A stretch of DNA of 64,000 nucleotides from a virus (taxonomy: Duplodnaviria > Caudoviricetes): IMG/VR virus record IMGVR_UViG_3300042344_000236, positions 229 through 64,228 of that record; one strand, 5' to 3'. This document shows, piece after piece, positions 27,647 to 37,926 of the stretch (positions are counted from its first letter, which is position 1; each line of letters begins with the position of its first letter). The position numbers were made by a program, and so were the translations under genes. Under the pieces are notes generated by a model that was not told where the DNA came from, made no database searches, and saw only the letters and a program-made list of their open reading frames with translations.

Positions 27647-29055
27647 CTGATGGAAATGGTAATATATTTGGGCCTCATGGACTACAGGTAAACGGATCTG
27701 ATGGTAAGCCAAAAGTAATAACTGGTGGTGGTGGAGGCTTTCCAAAAGGAACTGCAAGTGGGGTAAACACATATACAACTACAATATCAGGCGTAACATC
27801 TTACAACGATGGTGACGCATATCTAATTAGATTTACTACTGGAAACACAACTGGAGCCACTTTAGACATAAATGGCCTAGGTGCGGTTCCACTTTACAGG
27901 AACAATGACGGACCAATAATAGGAGGTGATATTGAGGACGGGTCTGAAATGTTGTGTGTATATAATTCAACACTATCTGCATTTCAGTTGATAGGAACAT
28001 CTCCAAACACATTAATAGCATATGTAACTAATGCTGATTCTGTAACAATAACAAAAGGTCAGCCAGTATACGCATTTGGAGGCCAGGGAGACAGAATAAC
28101 GGTAAAACTAGCATACAACACTACTGATGCTACATCAGCACAAACGGTAGGTATAGTGTTGTCTGCATCAATTGGAGTTAATCAGAAGGGATTTATTATT
28201 ATTTATGGCCAAATAGATGGACTTAGTATTTTTCCTACTTCTACATGGTCAGATGGTGACCCTGTATACTTAGGTCCAACGGCAGGGTCAATAACTAACG
28301 TAAAACCATCAGCACCTAATCACTTGGTGTATCTTGGTTATGTAACAACAGCAAACAATGGTAGTGCTGGAAGGATGTATGTTAGGGTTCAGAACGGTTA
28401 TGAGCTTGAAGAGTTACATGACGTACAAATATCTGGACTTGCTGATAATGACATAATACAATATGATTTATCTACAGATCTTTGGCAGAATAAATCATTG
28501 TCAAACGCTGGAATACAGCCTACATTAGTTAGTGCAACAAATATTAAAACCATAAATGGCAATTCATTAGTAGGGTCGGGTGATTTGAGTATTATGCCTA
28601 AGTATCTAGGCCATTCAGCATCCACAGGATCATTGAGCGTTTCTACAGCCGTTACTATATCAAAAGCATTAAGAATACCAGCTAACACACTAACCAGCGA
28701 CACATTGCTTGAGATACAGTGGAGACTTGTTAGAATAGTTGGTAATACTGGACAAATGTATACTAGATTGTATATAAATACAAGCAACAGCATGACTGGT
28801 GCTACATTAATATCGGGTATAGCCACAATAAATGGAGGGAGTACTCAATATTCAATAAAATGCGATAAAACAATAACGTGTAGAAACAATGGATTTGCAT
28901 GGATGAATTCAAATTCCAATGAATTTACAGGCGTAGCTTTAAATGGATATAATCTTAATAAAGCAGTAGATCAATACTTATTGTTCACTGTTCAGTCGGC
29001 TACTAATGGTGAAACGTGTTTAGTAGACTTTTTCAGAGTGTTGCAATATGCTTAA
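27637..29055 (+). CDS. Tail fibre/spike protein
   Basis: NTTGATLDINGLG, ITKGQPVY, YELEELHDV, NIKTINGNSLVGSGDL fibre motifs. Confidence 0.8.
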   Translation: MQVTDGNGNIFGPHGLQVNGSDGKPKVITGGGGGFPKGTASGVNTYTTTISGVTSYNDGDAYLIRFTTGNTTGATLDINGLGAVPLYRNNDGPIIGGDIEDGSEMLCVYNSTLSAFQLIGTSPNTLIAYVTNADSVTITKGQPVYAFGGQGDRITVKLAYNTTDATSAQTVGIVLSASIGVNQKGFIIIYGQIDGLSIFPTSTWSDGDPVYLGPTAGSITNVKPSAPNHLVYLGYVTTANNGSAGRMYVRVQNGYELEELHDVQISGLADNDIIQYDLSTDLWQNKSLSNAGIQPTLVSATNIKTINGNSLVGSGDLSIMPKYLGHSASTGSLSVSTAVTISKALRIPANTLTSDTLLEIQWRLVRIVGNTGQMYTRLYINTSNSMTGATLISGIATINGGSTQYSIKCDKTITCRNNGFAWMNSNSNEFTGVALNGYNLNKAVDQYLLFTVQSATNGETCLVDFFRVLQYA

Positions 29056-29090
29056 TTTTCATATAAATTAAAATAATTACCTTTGTAGGT

Positions 29091-29582
29091 ATGAAGTATG
29101 TATCTGCATTCCTTTTATTATTAAGCTTTTACTCGTGTTCAATAGAGAAAAAACTAGCAAAGTATTGCCCTCTATGTCCTACAAAAGATAGCACAGTTAC
29201 AGTTATCGCATATCGAGATACGACTATAAAAGTTCCTGGTGAAACTGTTTTTATAGAAGACACATTATTTTGTGATTCTCTAGGAAATGTATATGCATCA
29301 AGATTAGCTGAGAAAGATGGTACTATACTTAAGTTGCAATCAAGAGTCGTTGACAATAAGTACAAGGTTATAGCTAAAACTGACACTATATATAAAGTAG
29401 TTAAGGGAAACACTATATACAAAACTCAAACCAAAACTATAACAAAAACACTAAAGCCAGAAAAGATAAAGTACGTTCCGTCATTTATTAATTTTTTAGC
29501 TTGGTTTGGAGGAATATTTTTAATCATAATTTTAATTTATATAACGTACAGAATTATTAAGTCACAACTATTAAAATTATGA
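29091..29582 (+). CDS. Putative unimolecular spanin
   Basis: N-terminal lipobox (LSFYSC), beta-rich middle, C-terminal TM; next to holin and lysin. Confidence 0.6.
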   Translation: MKYVSAFLLLLSFYSCSIEKKLAKYCPLCPTKDSTVTVIAYRDTTIKVPGETVFIEDTLFCDSLGNVYASRLAEKDGTILKLQSRVVDNKYKVIAKTDTIYKVVKGNTIYKTQTKTITKTLKPEKIKYVPSFINFLAWFGGIFLIIILIYITYRIIKSQLLKL

Positions 29583-30007
29583 AAACAAAGCTATCTCTTT
29601 TTTTGATGTCTTTAATGTCCATTATATCCCCAGTTAAACCATTAGTTTCTATTGCAGTAGCATTTATTATTCTTGATTTATTTTTCGGTATATGGAGAAG
29701 CGTAAAACTTTATGGATGGAAAAGTTATAGATCTTATAAACTAACCCACACAGTGTCAAAGAGCCTTCTTTATGCAGGGGCTATATTTGCTATTTTCTTT
29801 TTAGAGACATATGTGTTAGCAGATATACTAGGACTTTTTATAAGTGTTGACTTGATACTAACAAAAGCATTTACATTCTTTTGTGTTTTTATTGAGATTA
29901 AAAGCATTAATGAAAGCTTTGAGGATGTAACTGGTAAAAATGTCTTGAAGTTATTTAAAGATTTTTTAACTAGAACAAAAAACGATTTAAACGAATTTAA
30001 AAACTAA
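29579..30007 (+). CDS. Holin
   Basis: Three TM segments, D...GIW, EIKSINE motif (holin 4_1-like). Confidence 0.75.
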   Translation: MKTKLSLFLMSLMSIISPVKPLVSIAVAFIILDLFFGIWRSVKLYGWKSYRSYKLTHTVSKSLLYAGAIFAIFFLETYVLADILGLFISVDLILTKAFTFFCVFIEIKSINESFEDVTGKNVLKLFKDFLTRTKNDLNEFKN

Positions 30008-30009
30008 TT

Positions 30010-30603
30010 ATGTATACTAGAGAAAAAATAGAAAGCATTGTAAAATCAAAAGGATATAAGTGGTTTGAAGACAATGCTAATAAGTCATATGATGTTAACA
30101 TCGTTGGAGTTCGCAACAACGCCCCCAGTGTGGCTGACAAAGTTACCAACGTTTTTGATGACTACATAACAATATCTTTTAAAGATGCGTCTGGTAATTG
30201 GCAGTTCTATTGTTGGAACGCAACCACGGACCCTGGCAAAAAGGGTGTTCAACAATTTCACAACAAGAAGGGTGTAGCTAGATTAGTGCCAGGGCAATAT
30301 AGAGCTACATGGTGCATCGATAAACATCAGGGCAAATATGATGCACTATGCCAGAGGCTAGGAGAGGTTACTGTATGGAGGGATGGCAATAAGGATCTAA
30401 AATTCGATGAGGTTAAAACCGACAGGGGTATCTTTGGGATAAATATCCACAAGGCAGGAATAGATAGCACATGGGTAGAGAACTGGAGCGAAGGATGTCA
30501 AGTTTTCAAGAGAGTAAAAGATTTCAATGAATTTATGTCAATATGTAAAAAGGCCGCTAAGATTCATGGAAACAAGTTCTCTTATACTCTACTTGAGTTA
30601 TGA
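30010..30603 (+). CDS. Endolysin, L,D-transpeptidase (YkuD)-like
   Basis: ATTDPG, PGQY, FGINIH...NWSEGCQV (His...SxGC). Confidence 0.7.
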   Translation: MYTREKIESIVKSKGYKWFEDNANKSYDVNIVGVRNNAPSVADKVTNVFDDYITISFKDASGNWQFYCWNATTDPGKKGVQQFHNKKGVARLVPGQYRATWCIDKHQGKYDALCQRLGEVTVWRDGNKDLKFDEVKTDRGIFGINIHKAGIDSTWVENWSEGCQVFKRVKDFNEFMSICKKAAKIHGNKFSYTLLEL

Positions 30604-30748
30604 AGTTTAAAAGTCATTGGCTAAAGGAAATATGGGGATTCTTTAGCATTAGGCTTATAGTAGGACCATTACGTGTATTTTGCATTGACATAGATGTGTA
30701 CAGAAATTTTTATTCAATTACTTTTCTTAACTTTACAATTCGAAACAG

Positions 30749-30886
30749 ATGAGCAAGAAATCATTAGAAGTTAAAACATTCGAGAAGAGATACGTCTCTA
30801 GACCAGGTGTTCATGCTAAGACTAAAACATCAGGTCTAAAGGCATCTAAAAACTATAAGAAAAAATATAAAGGACAAGGACGATGA
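30749..30886 (+). CDS. Small basic peptide ending KKYKGQGR (not in ORF track)
   Basis: ATGA-coupled on both sides. Confidence 0.55.
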   Translation: MSKKSLEVKTFEKRYVSRPGVHAKTKTSGLKASKNYKKKYKGQGR

Positions 30887-31287
30887 AAACAGGAAACTAC
30901 CAAGCACAATCACCAAGCGTAAATGACTTATTGTTTGGTACTCAAAACTCAACAGGAGACACTGTTAACTTTAAAGTGCAGGATGTACTTAACTTAACTC
31001 AGGCTCCATCTGTTGTTACTACAAACACCTTGACAACTGCTACAATATCAAACATTAATACATACTTTACTGGTATTTCTGGAGCTAGTTTTGCAATTAC
31101 TCTTCCTACTGCCAGTGCAAACATTGATGGTTTAAAGTATGTTATTATGTCTACAAATAACAGACCTACTACTACATGGGTAACTCCTGGAGCAAATATC
31201 GTAGGAGCTCCAGCTGGTTTATCTGCTAATACTCCAATATGTTTTCAGTATAACAATGCTAATACTACTTGGTATATCTCTATGTAA
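30883..31287 (+). CDS. Virion/tail fibre-like protein
   Basis: T/N-rich, ITLPT...YN..NTTWY. Confidence 0.55.
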   Translation: MKTGNYQAQSPSVNDLLFGTQNSTGDTVNFKVQDVLNLTQAPSVVTTNTLTTATISNINTYFTGISGASFAITLPTASANIDGLKYVIMSTNNRPTTTWVTPGANIVGAPAGLSANTPICFQYNNANTTWYISM

Positions 31288-31328
31288 CGAATTTTCTTTA
31301 TCTTTGTAACAAATAAAAATTAAATAAA

Positions 31329-31574
31329 ATGGCAAAAGAAAAAAAATTAGCTCAAGAAGAGCTAGATAAGTTACGGTCTTTAAACCAAACTTACAGAGAT
31401 CTTAAGTTTCAAATCGCTGACATTGAGGTTTCATTTGAAAGAATGAAGAGTCAAAAAATGTCATCACTAGCGAACCTAGAGACTGCTGCATTTGATTTGT
31501 CTCAATTTCAAGATGAATTAGTTTCAAAATACGGAGACGTAAAAATTAATCTTCAAACAGGTGAATATAATTAG
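31329..31574 (+). CDS. Coiled-coil hypothetical protein
   Basis: L.SKYGDVKINLQTGE motif. Confidence 0.65.
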   Translation: MAKEKKLAQEELDKLRSLNQTYRDLKFQIADIEVSFERMKSQKMSSLANLETAAFDLSQFQDELVSKYGDVKINLQTGEYN

Positions 31575-31785
31575 AAAAATATCTGTTGGTCCTGATTACA
31601 TGAAGTCAATGCACTATGTTGTTGGTCAAGATGTATTGAGAGGTAGTGCCACTATTGATACTATATTGATGGAGACAGATAACTCTATATCAATATACAT
31701 ATTAAATCAAGACAAAGAGATTGTAAAGTGGAAGAGTTTTTCTAGTTCAATGCCATTATCTATTGAGTACAACATAGATTTCTAA
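31561..31785 (+). CDS. Conserved hypothetical protein
   Basis: IRKISVGPDY..SMHYVVGQ...WKSF...MP.SIEYN. Confidence 0.65.
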   Translation: MNIIRKISVGPDYMKSMHYVVGQDVLRGSATIDTILMETDNSISIYILNQDKEIVKWKSFSSSMPLSIEYNIDF

Positions 31786-32345
31786 TGAAGTCTCCACATC
31801 ATTTTATAGTCAAACCTTATAATGATAGGCGTTATGACAACATACGCAAGTATGGTGACATTGACTTTGTAATAAGTTCTTCTCAGGAAGACCATACAGT
31901 GTCTAATAGAATGGGTGTTATAGTATCTGTTCCTATAAGTTACAATGGCCCAATAAAGCCAGGATACGAGGTTATTGTTCATCATAATGTTTTCAAGTTT
32001 TATTATGATATGAAGGGCAACCAAAAGAGTAGCTGGCATCATTTGTTTGATGATTATTTCATTATAGAGAATGATCAGTTATTTCTTTATAGAGAATCTG
32101 GTGGCGAATGGAATGCAACCTATCCTTATTGTTTTGTTAGACCCATACCAAACGAAGATAAAATAATATCAACTTCAGGGTCTAGGGAAGAATTGTGGGG
32201 TGAGTTAGTATACTTTAACGAACAATTACAAGATGTTTCAAAGGGTGATATTGTATCGTTTTCTCCAGATAGCGAATACGAATTTAGGATCGAAGGTGAT
32301 TTATTATATAGAATGTATAATAAGAACATATGTCTAAAAAGATAG
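31785..32345 (+). CDS. Tandem GroES-like protein
   Basis: Two GroES-like units (FIVKP..GVIVSVP..IKPG.EV; FVRP..GELVY..KGDIVSF). Confidence 0.6.
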   Translation: MKSPHHFIVKPYNDRRYDNIRKYGDIDFVISSSQEDHTVSNRMGVIVSVPISYNGPIKPGYEVIVHHNVFKFYYDMKGNQKSSWHHLFDDYFIIENDQLFLYRESGGEWNATYPYCFVRPIPNEDKIISTSGSREELWGELVYFNEQLQDVSKGDIVSFSPDSEYEFRIEGDLLYRMYNKNICLKR

Positions 32346-32611
32346 AATTAATACAGGCTGCAAAGGTAGCGGTGGATGAGTTAATAAAGGTATTAAGAGA
32401 GCCAATAATTACACACGCAGAGGATGACGTTTCTGCCGACAAACTTAAGAACGCTGCTTCAGCCAAGAGACTAGCATTCGAGGATGCTTTATATATGCTT
32501 GGTAAGATTGACGAAGAAGAAAATAAAGACACTCAGCCAGTAGTTGCTCAAGTTGATTTTGGTAAGTCTGGATTTGCTGAAGGTAGGGCAAAAATAAAAA
32601 ATGGAAAATAA
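32330..32611 (+). CDS. Possible terminase small subunit
   Basis: Helical protein directly upstream of and overlapping TerL. Confidence 0.35.
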   Translation: MSKKIELIQAAKVAVDELIKVLREPIITHAEDDVSADKLKNAASAKRLAFEDALYMLGKIDEEENKDTQPVVAQVDFGKSGFAEGRAKIKNGK

Positions 32612-34820
32612 TCTATATATAGTACTTGATGATTATGTAAGTAAGTCCATAGTTGTAAATAAAAACAAACGAAAGAACTGGGAGTACGGATATAATAAAG
32701 ACTATGACCTCGTTGTTATATCTAAAGATGGAACTATAGGTGACATATATAATATAAATGGGGTAAAGATTGCATTGCCTTTAGTTCCAGATAAAGTAGA
32801 TAATAGAGGAAACAAGTGGTCAGCAAATGAGTATCCAAAAGAGCTACAAAAAATAAAGACAATATTTGATTGGAACAGGAAAGATAATGCGTTCAAGATA
32901 CAGTATGTAGATTATATAGAACAAGAATTTGAAAGAAGAGAGAATGGATACTGGTTTATAAATAATGGTGTACCTACATACATTACTGGGACCCATTACA
33001 TGTATCTTCAATGGACAAAGATAGACATAGGTCTTCCTGACTTTAGAGAATCTAACAGAATATTCTATATATATTGGGAGGCTTGCAAGGCTGACAACAG
33101 ATCGTTTGGTATGTGCTACCTAAAAAATAGACGATCTGGTTTCTCTTTTATGAGTTCTGCCGAGTCGTGTAATACTGGAACAATAGTTCGTGATTCTAGA
33201 ATTGGAATATTATCAAAAACAGGTAGTGATGCAAAAAAAATGTTTACAGACAAGGTGGTTCCAATCGTTAGGAATTACCCGTTTTTTTTCAAGCCTATTC
33301 AAGACGGTATGGATAATCCTAAGACTGAGCTGGCTTTTAGGGTTCCTGCTAGTAAGATTACTAGGAAAAATATGGACGAGGAAAAGACGGAAGATATCGA
33401 AGGTCTGGACACAACAATAGACTGGAAGAATACTGCTGACAACAGCTACGATGGTGAGAAATTGCTTCTTCTTGTTCATGACGAGAGCGGTAAATGGGAA
33501 AAACCAGAGAATATACTAAATAACTGGAGAGTTACCAAGACGTGTTTAAGGCTTGGTGCTAAAATCATAGGCAAGTGTATGATGGGATCAACATCAAATG
33601 CTTTGCCAAAAGGTGGAGAGAACTTTAAGAAACTATACAACGATAGTAATCCATCTACAAGATCAGCTAATGAACAAACTAAAAGTGGTTTATACTCTTT
33701 GTTTATACCAATGGAGTGGAACGTAGAGGGTTACATAGACGAGTATGGTTGGCCAGTATTTGATAATCCAGAAAAGCCAATAAAAGGTATAGATGGAGAA
33801 ACAATAAGCACAGGGGTTATAACATGGTGGAACAACGAGGTAAACGCATTAAAGTCTGATTCAGACGCTTTAAATGAATTTTATAGGCAGTTTCCAAGAA
33901 CAGAGTCACATGCATTTAGAGATGAATCAAAGCAATCTATATTTAACTTAACAAAGATATACCAGCAGATTGATTATAATGATTCTTTGATAAAAGAAAA
34001 GTTCTTGACTAGAGGATATTTTCACTGGAAGAATGGAGAAAAAGATAGCGAGGTTATATGGACTCCAGACAAGAATGGAAGATTTTTAGTATCTTGGATA
34101 CCCAAACCACACTTAAGAAATAACGTAATAGTAAAGAATGGAAAGAAGTATCCTGGAAACGAACACATGGGAGCATTTGGCTGTGACCCTTATGACATAT
34201 CGGGTGTTGTTGGAGGAGGTGGTTCTAACGGTGCTCTCCATGGTATGACAACGTTTCATATGTCTGATGGTCCAACAAATGAATTCTTTTTAGAGTATAT
34301 AGCAAGACCTCAGACGGCTGAGATATTTTTTGAGGATGTATTGATGGCTTGTCATTTTTATGGAATGCCTATATTAGCAGAAAATAATAAGGCTAGATTA
34401 TTGTATCATTTTAAGAATAGAGGTTACAGATCTTTCTCGATGAATAGACCAGATAAGAACTTGGGCAAACTATCTAAGACTGAAATAGAAATAGGTGGAA
34501 TACCAAACTCTAGTGAAGACGTTAGACAGGCTCATGCTTCATGTATTGAATCATACATAGAAGAATATGTTGGTTTTGATACAGAAGGGACATACAGAGA
34601 TAATGATGTAATAGGATCCATGTACTTTAACAAAACACTAGAAGATTGGGCCAGGTTTGACCCAACAAACAGGACAAAACACGATGCGTCAATTAGTTCT
34701 GGTTTAGCTATTATGGCAAACAGAAAGCATATGTTTGTTCCTGAGAGAAAAGAATCAAAAATTAGTATTAAATTTGTAAGATATAATAATCAGGGCAGTC
34801 ACAGCAAAATTATAGAATAG
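32601..34820 (+). CDS. terL: Terminase large subunit
   Basis: KNRRSGFS Walker A, LLVHDESG Walker B, GST, GCDPYD nuclease, ENNK, HDASIS. Confidence 0.92.
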   Translation: MENNLYIVLDDYVSKSIVVNKNKRKNWEYGYNKDYDLVVISKDGTIGDIYNINGVKIALPLVPDKVDNRGNKWSANEYPKELQKIKTIFDWNRKDNAFKIQYVDYIEQEFERRENGYWFINNGVPTYITGTHYMYLQWTKIDIGLPDFRESNRIFYIYWEACKADNRSFGMCYLKNRRSGFSFMSSAESCNTGTIVRDSRIGILSKTGSDAKKMFTDKVVPIVRNYPFFFKPIQDGMDNPKTELAFRVPASKITRKNMDEEKTEDIEGLDTTIDWKNTADNSYDGEKLLLLVHDESGKWEKPENILNNWRVTKTCLRLGAKIIGKCMMGSTSNALPKGGENFKKLYNDSNPSTRSANEQTKSGLYSLFIPMEWNVEGYIDEYGWPVFDNPEKPIKGIDGETISTGVITWWNNEVNALKSDSDALNEFYRQFPRTESHAFRDESKQSIFNLTKIYQQIDYNDSLIKEKFLTRGYFHWKNGEKDSEVIWTPDKNGRFLVSWIPKPHLRNNVIVKNGKKYPGNEHMGAFGCDPYDISGVVGGGGSNGALHGMTTFHMSDGPTNEFFLEYIARPQTAEIFFEDVLMACHFYGMPILAENNKARLLYHFKNRGYRSFSMNRPDKNLGKLSKTEIEIGGIPNSSEDVRQAHASCIESYIEEYVGFDTEGTYRDNDVIGSMYFNKTLEDWARFDPTNRTKHDASISSGLAIMANRKHMFVPERKESKISIKFVRYNNQGSHSKIIE

Positions 34821-34821
34821 A

Positions 34822-37251
34822 ATGGAAAAACCATCTGTTGTAATATATCAGAATCCGTTTCCTAGCCAAATGGTAACGGACGAAGAAAAACAAACTTATG
34901 AGTACGGCTTAAAGGTTGGTAAGGCCATTGAAGGAGAATGGTTCAAGCGAAAAAATAATACGTGTAGGTTTTATGATCAGTGGGGAGAATACCACAGACT
35001 ACGTTTATATGCTAGAGGTCAACAGCCAGTACAAAAATATAAGGATGAACTTGCTATAAACGGAGATATGTCTATGATGAACTTAGACTGGACTCCAGTG
35101 CCTATTATACCTAAGTTTGTTGACGTTGTTGTAAACGGAATGTCTGACAGACTTTTTGAAATTAGAACAGAGGCACAAGACGTTACGTCTGCCGAGAAGA
35201 AGAACATATTTCAAGAAATGATTGAGGCTGATATGATAGCCAAAGATTTCTTGACAATGACTCAAGAGCAGTTTGGAGTTAATGCTTTTAATGTTGATCC
35301 AAAAGACTTACCAGAAAATGACGAGGAGCTTGAGCTATATATGCAGCTTAAGTACAAGCCAAGTATAGAGATTGCTAGTGAGGTAGCCATCAATACAGTG
35401 CTTGAGATGAATGACTATCCTGAGCTAAGAAAGTTAATAGATTATGATCTTGTTACATTGGGTGTGTCTGTTGCCAAGCATTCATTCTTAGTAAATGATG
35501 GATTAAGGGTAGAGTATGTTGACCCAGCTAACTGGATACATAGCTATACAGAGAAGAATGATTTCTCTGATTGTTATTACTTTGGTGAAGTAAAGCAAAT
35601 GCACTACACTGAATTGCTTAAAATTGACCCTAACTTAACTGACGAACAATTAAACGAAATAAGAAGCACAAGCTCTGCTTGGTATACATATTTTCCTATA
35701 ATACGAAACTATCAGGATGATTACTTTCTTAATGAAGTTGTCACTCTTATTTACTTCAATTACAAAGCTTCAAAGAAGTTTGTATGGAAAAAGAAGATGT
35801 TAGAGAATGGTGGTGAGAGAATTATCAGAAAAGGCGAAAACTTTAATCCACCTACAGAAGATGGTATTCCATATGAAAAGGTTGAAGCAGTAAGAGATGT
35901 ATGGTACGAAGGTATTTTAGTAGCTGGTACCAATATTATTCTTAAGTGGGAGATGATGAAGAATATGGTTAGACCAAAGTCTGCTAGTCAAAAGGCTTAT
36001 CCTAACTATATTGCTTTTGCACCTAGAATGTATAAAGGAATAATGGAGTCTCTTGTTAGAAGAATGATTCCTTTTGCAGATCAGATACAGCTTACACACT
36101 TAAAGCTACAACAAGTTACGGCAAGAGTAGTACCAGATGGTGTATTTATTGATGCTGATGGTATTAATGAGGTAGACCTTGGTACAGGTGCTGCATATAA
36201 TCCAGAGGATGCACTTAAGTTATACTTCCAAACAGGTAGTGTAATTGGCAGAAGCTATACTCAAGATGGTGAGTTTAACAATGCTAGAATTCCTATTCAA
36301 GAACTTAGCACTAATAGTGGACAAGCTAAAATGTCTTCTCTTATAAATAACTATAACCACTATCTTAATATGATAAGAGATGTGACTGGAATCAATGAAG
36401 CTAGGGACGGTACAATGCCACATCCTGACGCTCTTGTTGGTATACAGAAGTTAGCAGCTCTTAACTCTAACACAGCTACTAGACACATACTAGAGGCCAA
36501 TCTAAACATAACAAAAAGAATGGCTGAGTGTATATCAATACGTATTGCTGACATCATGGAATACTCAGATTTTTCTGAGCAATTTTCAATGCAGATAGGC
36601 AAGTATAATTTAGCAATACTTGATGAAATTAGAGACTTATATTTATTTGACTTTGGTATATTTATAGACCTTTCTCCAGATGAGGAAGAAAGACAAATGC
36701 TTGAGGCAAATATTCAGGTAGCTCTTCAGCAACAAACAATTGATTTAGAGGATGCCATTGATATTAGAAATATCAAGAACATCAAGATGGCAAATGAGTT
36801 GCTTAAAATGAAGAGGAAGAAGAGAATGGAATCTCAGCAACAACAGAAAGAGATGGAGTATCAGATGCAGATGCAAACTAATATTCAATCACAACAAGCT
36901 GCTGCTGAATCTAAGGCTCAGTTGCTACAGATGGAGGCTCAGAGTAAAATTCAACTTAAAGAGGCTGAAGCTAACTATGAAATAATGAAGATGCAAGCAG
37001 AGGCTGAACTTAAGAAAGAACTAATGAATATTGAGTTCCAATATAATATGCAATTAAAAGGCATGGATGCTGAACAATTGAAGGTTAGAGAGGATGAAAA
37101 AGAAAAAGCTAAAGATAAAAGAATTGACATTCAAGCATCAAGACAATCTGAATTAATTAATCAAAGAAAGAACAATCTTCCGCCTATTGACTTTGAAAGT
37201 ACAGAAGATTCTCTAGATGGATTTGATTTAGAGTCTTTCGAACCTAGATAA
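34822..37251 (+). CDS. Portal protein (crAss-like)
   Basis: 809 aa after TerL; PIIPKFVDVVVN, TGINEARDG; Q-rich coiled-coil barrel. Confidence 0.88.
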   Translation: MEKPSVVIYQNPFPSQMVTDEEKQTYEYGLKVGKAIEGEWFKRKNNTCRFYDQWGEYHRLRLYARGQQPVQKYKDELAINGDMSMMNLDWTPVPIIPKFVDVVVNGMSDRLFEIRTEAQDVTSAEKKNIFQEMIEADMIAKDFLTMTQEQFGVNAFNVDPKDLPENDEELELYMQLKYKPSIEIASEVAINTVLEMNDYPELRKLIDYDLVTLGVSVAKHSFLVNDGLRVEYVDPANWIHSYTEKNDFSDCYYFGEVKQMHYTELLKIDPNLTDEQLNEIRSTSSAWYTYFPIIRNYQDDYFLNEVVTLIYFNYKASKKFVWKKKMLENGGERIIRKGENFNPPTEDGIPYEKVEAVRDVWYEGILVAGTNIILKWEMMKNMVRPKSASQKAYPNYIAFAPRMYKGIMESLVRRMIPFADQIQLTHLKLQQVTARVVPDGVFIDADGINEVDLGTGAAYNPEDALKLYFQTGSVIGRSYTQDGEFNNARIPIQELSTNSGQAKMSSLINNYNHYLNMIRDVTGINEARDGTMPHPDALVGIQKLAALNSNTATRHILEANLNITKRMAECISIRIADIMEYSDFSEQFSMQIGKYNLAILDEIRDLYLFDFGIFIDLSPDEEERQMLEANIQVALQQQTIDLEDAIDIRNIKNIKMANELLKMKRKKRMESQQQQKEMEYQMQMQTNIQSQQAAAESKAQLLQMEAQSKIQLKEAEANYEIMKMQAEAELKKELMNIEFQYNMQLKGMDAEQLKVREDEKEKAKDKRIDIQASRQSELINQRKNNLPPIDFESTEDSLDGFDLESFEPR

Positions 37252-37252
37252 C

Positions 37253-37885
37253 ATGGCATATATAGAACACAACTTTTTTCCTTTAAAAGTATTTGTAAGG
37301 AATGAGTATATGTATCAATTTAAGAGTGGGCATGGTGAATTCACTCAAGGAGTTATAATGTCTGTTAGATGCATGCCTGGTCAGGCTGCATTATTCCAAG
37401 TTCTTCTTGAGAACGGTGTAATGAGAGATAAGTTACCATCTCATGCACTTCTTACTAAACCTGAGTTACCAGACCCAGATTTACCATTTCATTATTTACA
37501 GATATGGAATTGTTTTTCATATAACTTCACTTTATTGCACCTGTCTTATGTTTATGATACTAAAGTTGAGGTGTATATGAAAGATAGAAAATGGTACGAA
37601 GGAAGTTATTATGCAACAATAAATTGGGGATCAAATGACTTGAATACTGATTTATCTCTAGCAGAAGATCCATTAGAGCATAAGAGTCATCACATTATAT
37701 TGCTTGATAATGGACAGATAGCCTTACAACCAAACAATAGAATAAAATGGTCAGAGCCCTCTTTTGTTACTAAACCATTCCCTGAAAAACCAGATTATAT
37801 GGTAAATACTGAATACTTTAATTCAGAAGGATATGAGAAATGGAATACAGAAGACTCTCAAGCAATGTTTTACGAAAACGAGTAA
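37253..37885 (+). CDS. Conserved phage hypothetical protein
   Basis: VRNEYMY...HGEF...LENG...LP...QIWNCFSY...LDNGQIALQPNNR. Confidence 0.7.
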   Translation: MAYIEHNFFPLKVFVRNEYMYQFKSGHGEFTQGVIMSVRCMPGQAALFQVLLENGVMRDKLPSHALLTKPELPDPDLPFHYLQIWNCFSYNFTLLHLSYVYDTKVEVYMKDRKWYEGSYYATINWGSNDLNTDLSLAEDPLEHKSHHIILLDNGQIALQPNNRIKWSEPSFVTKPFPEKPDYMVNTEYFNSEGYEKWNTEDSQAMFYENE

Positions 37886-37926
37886 TATAATATTTATTAA
37901 CTTTGTAAAAATTAAATTAAATAAAA

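Noticed and set aside
32601-34820. Intein or intron in terminase
   Set aside because: Continuous ORF with normal motif spacing and no intein boundary motifs
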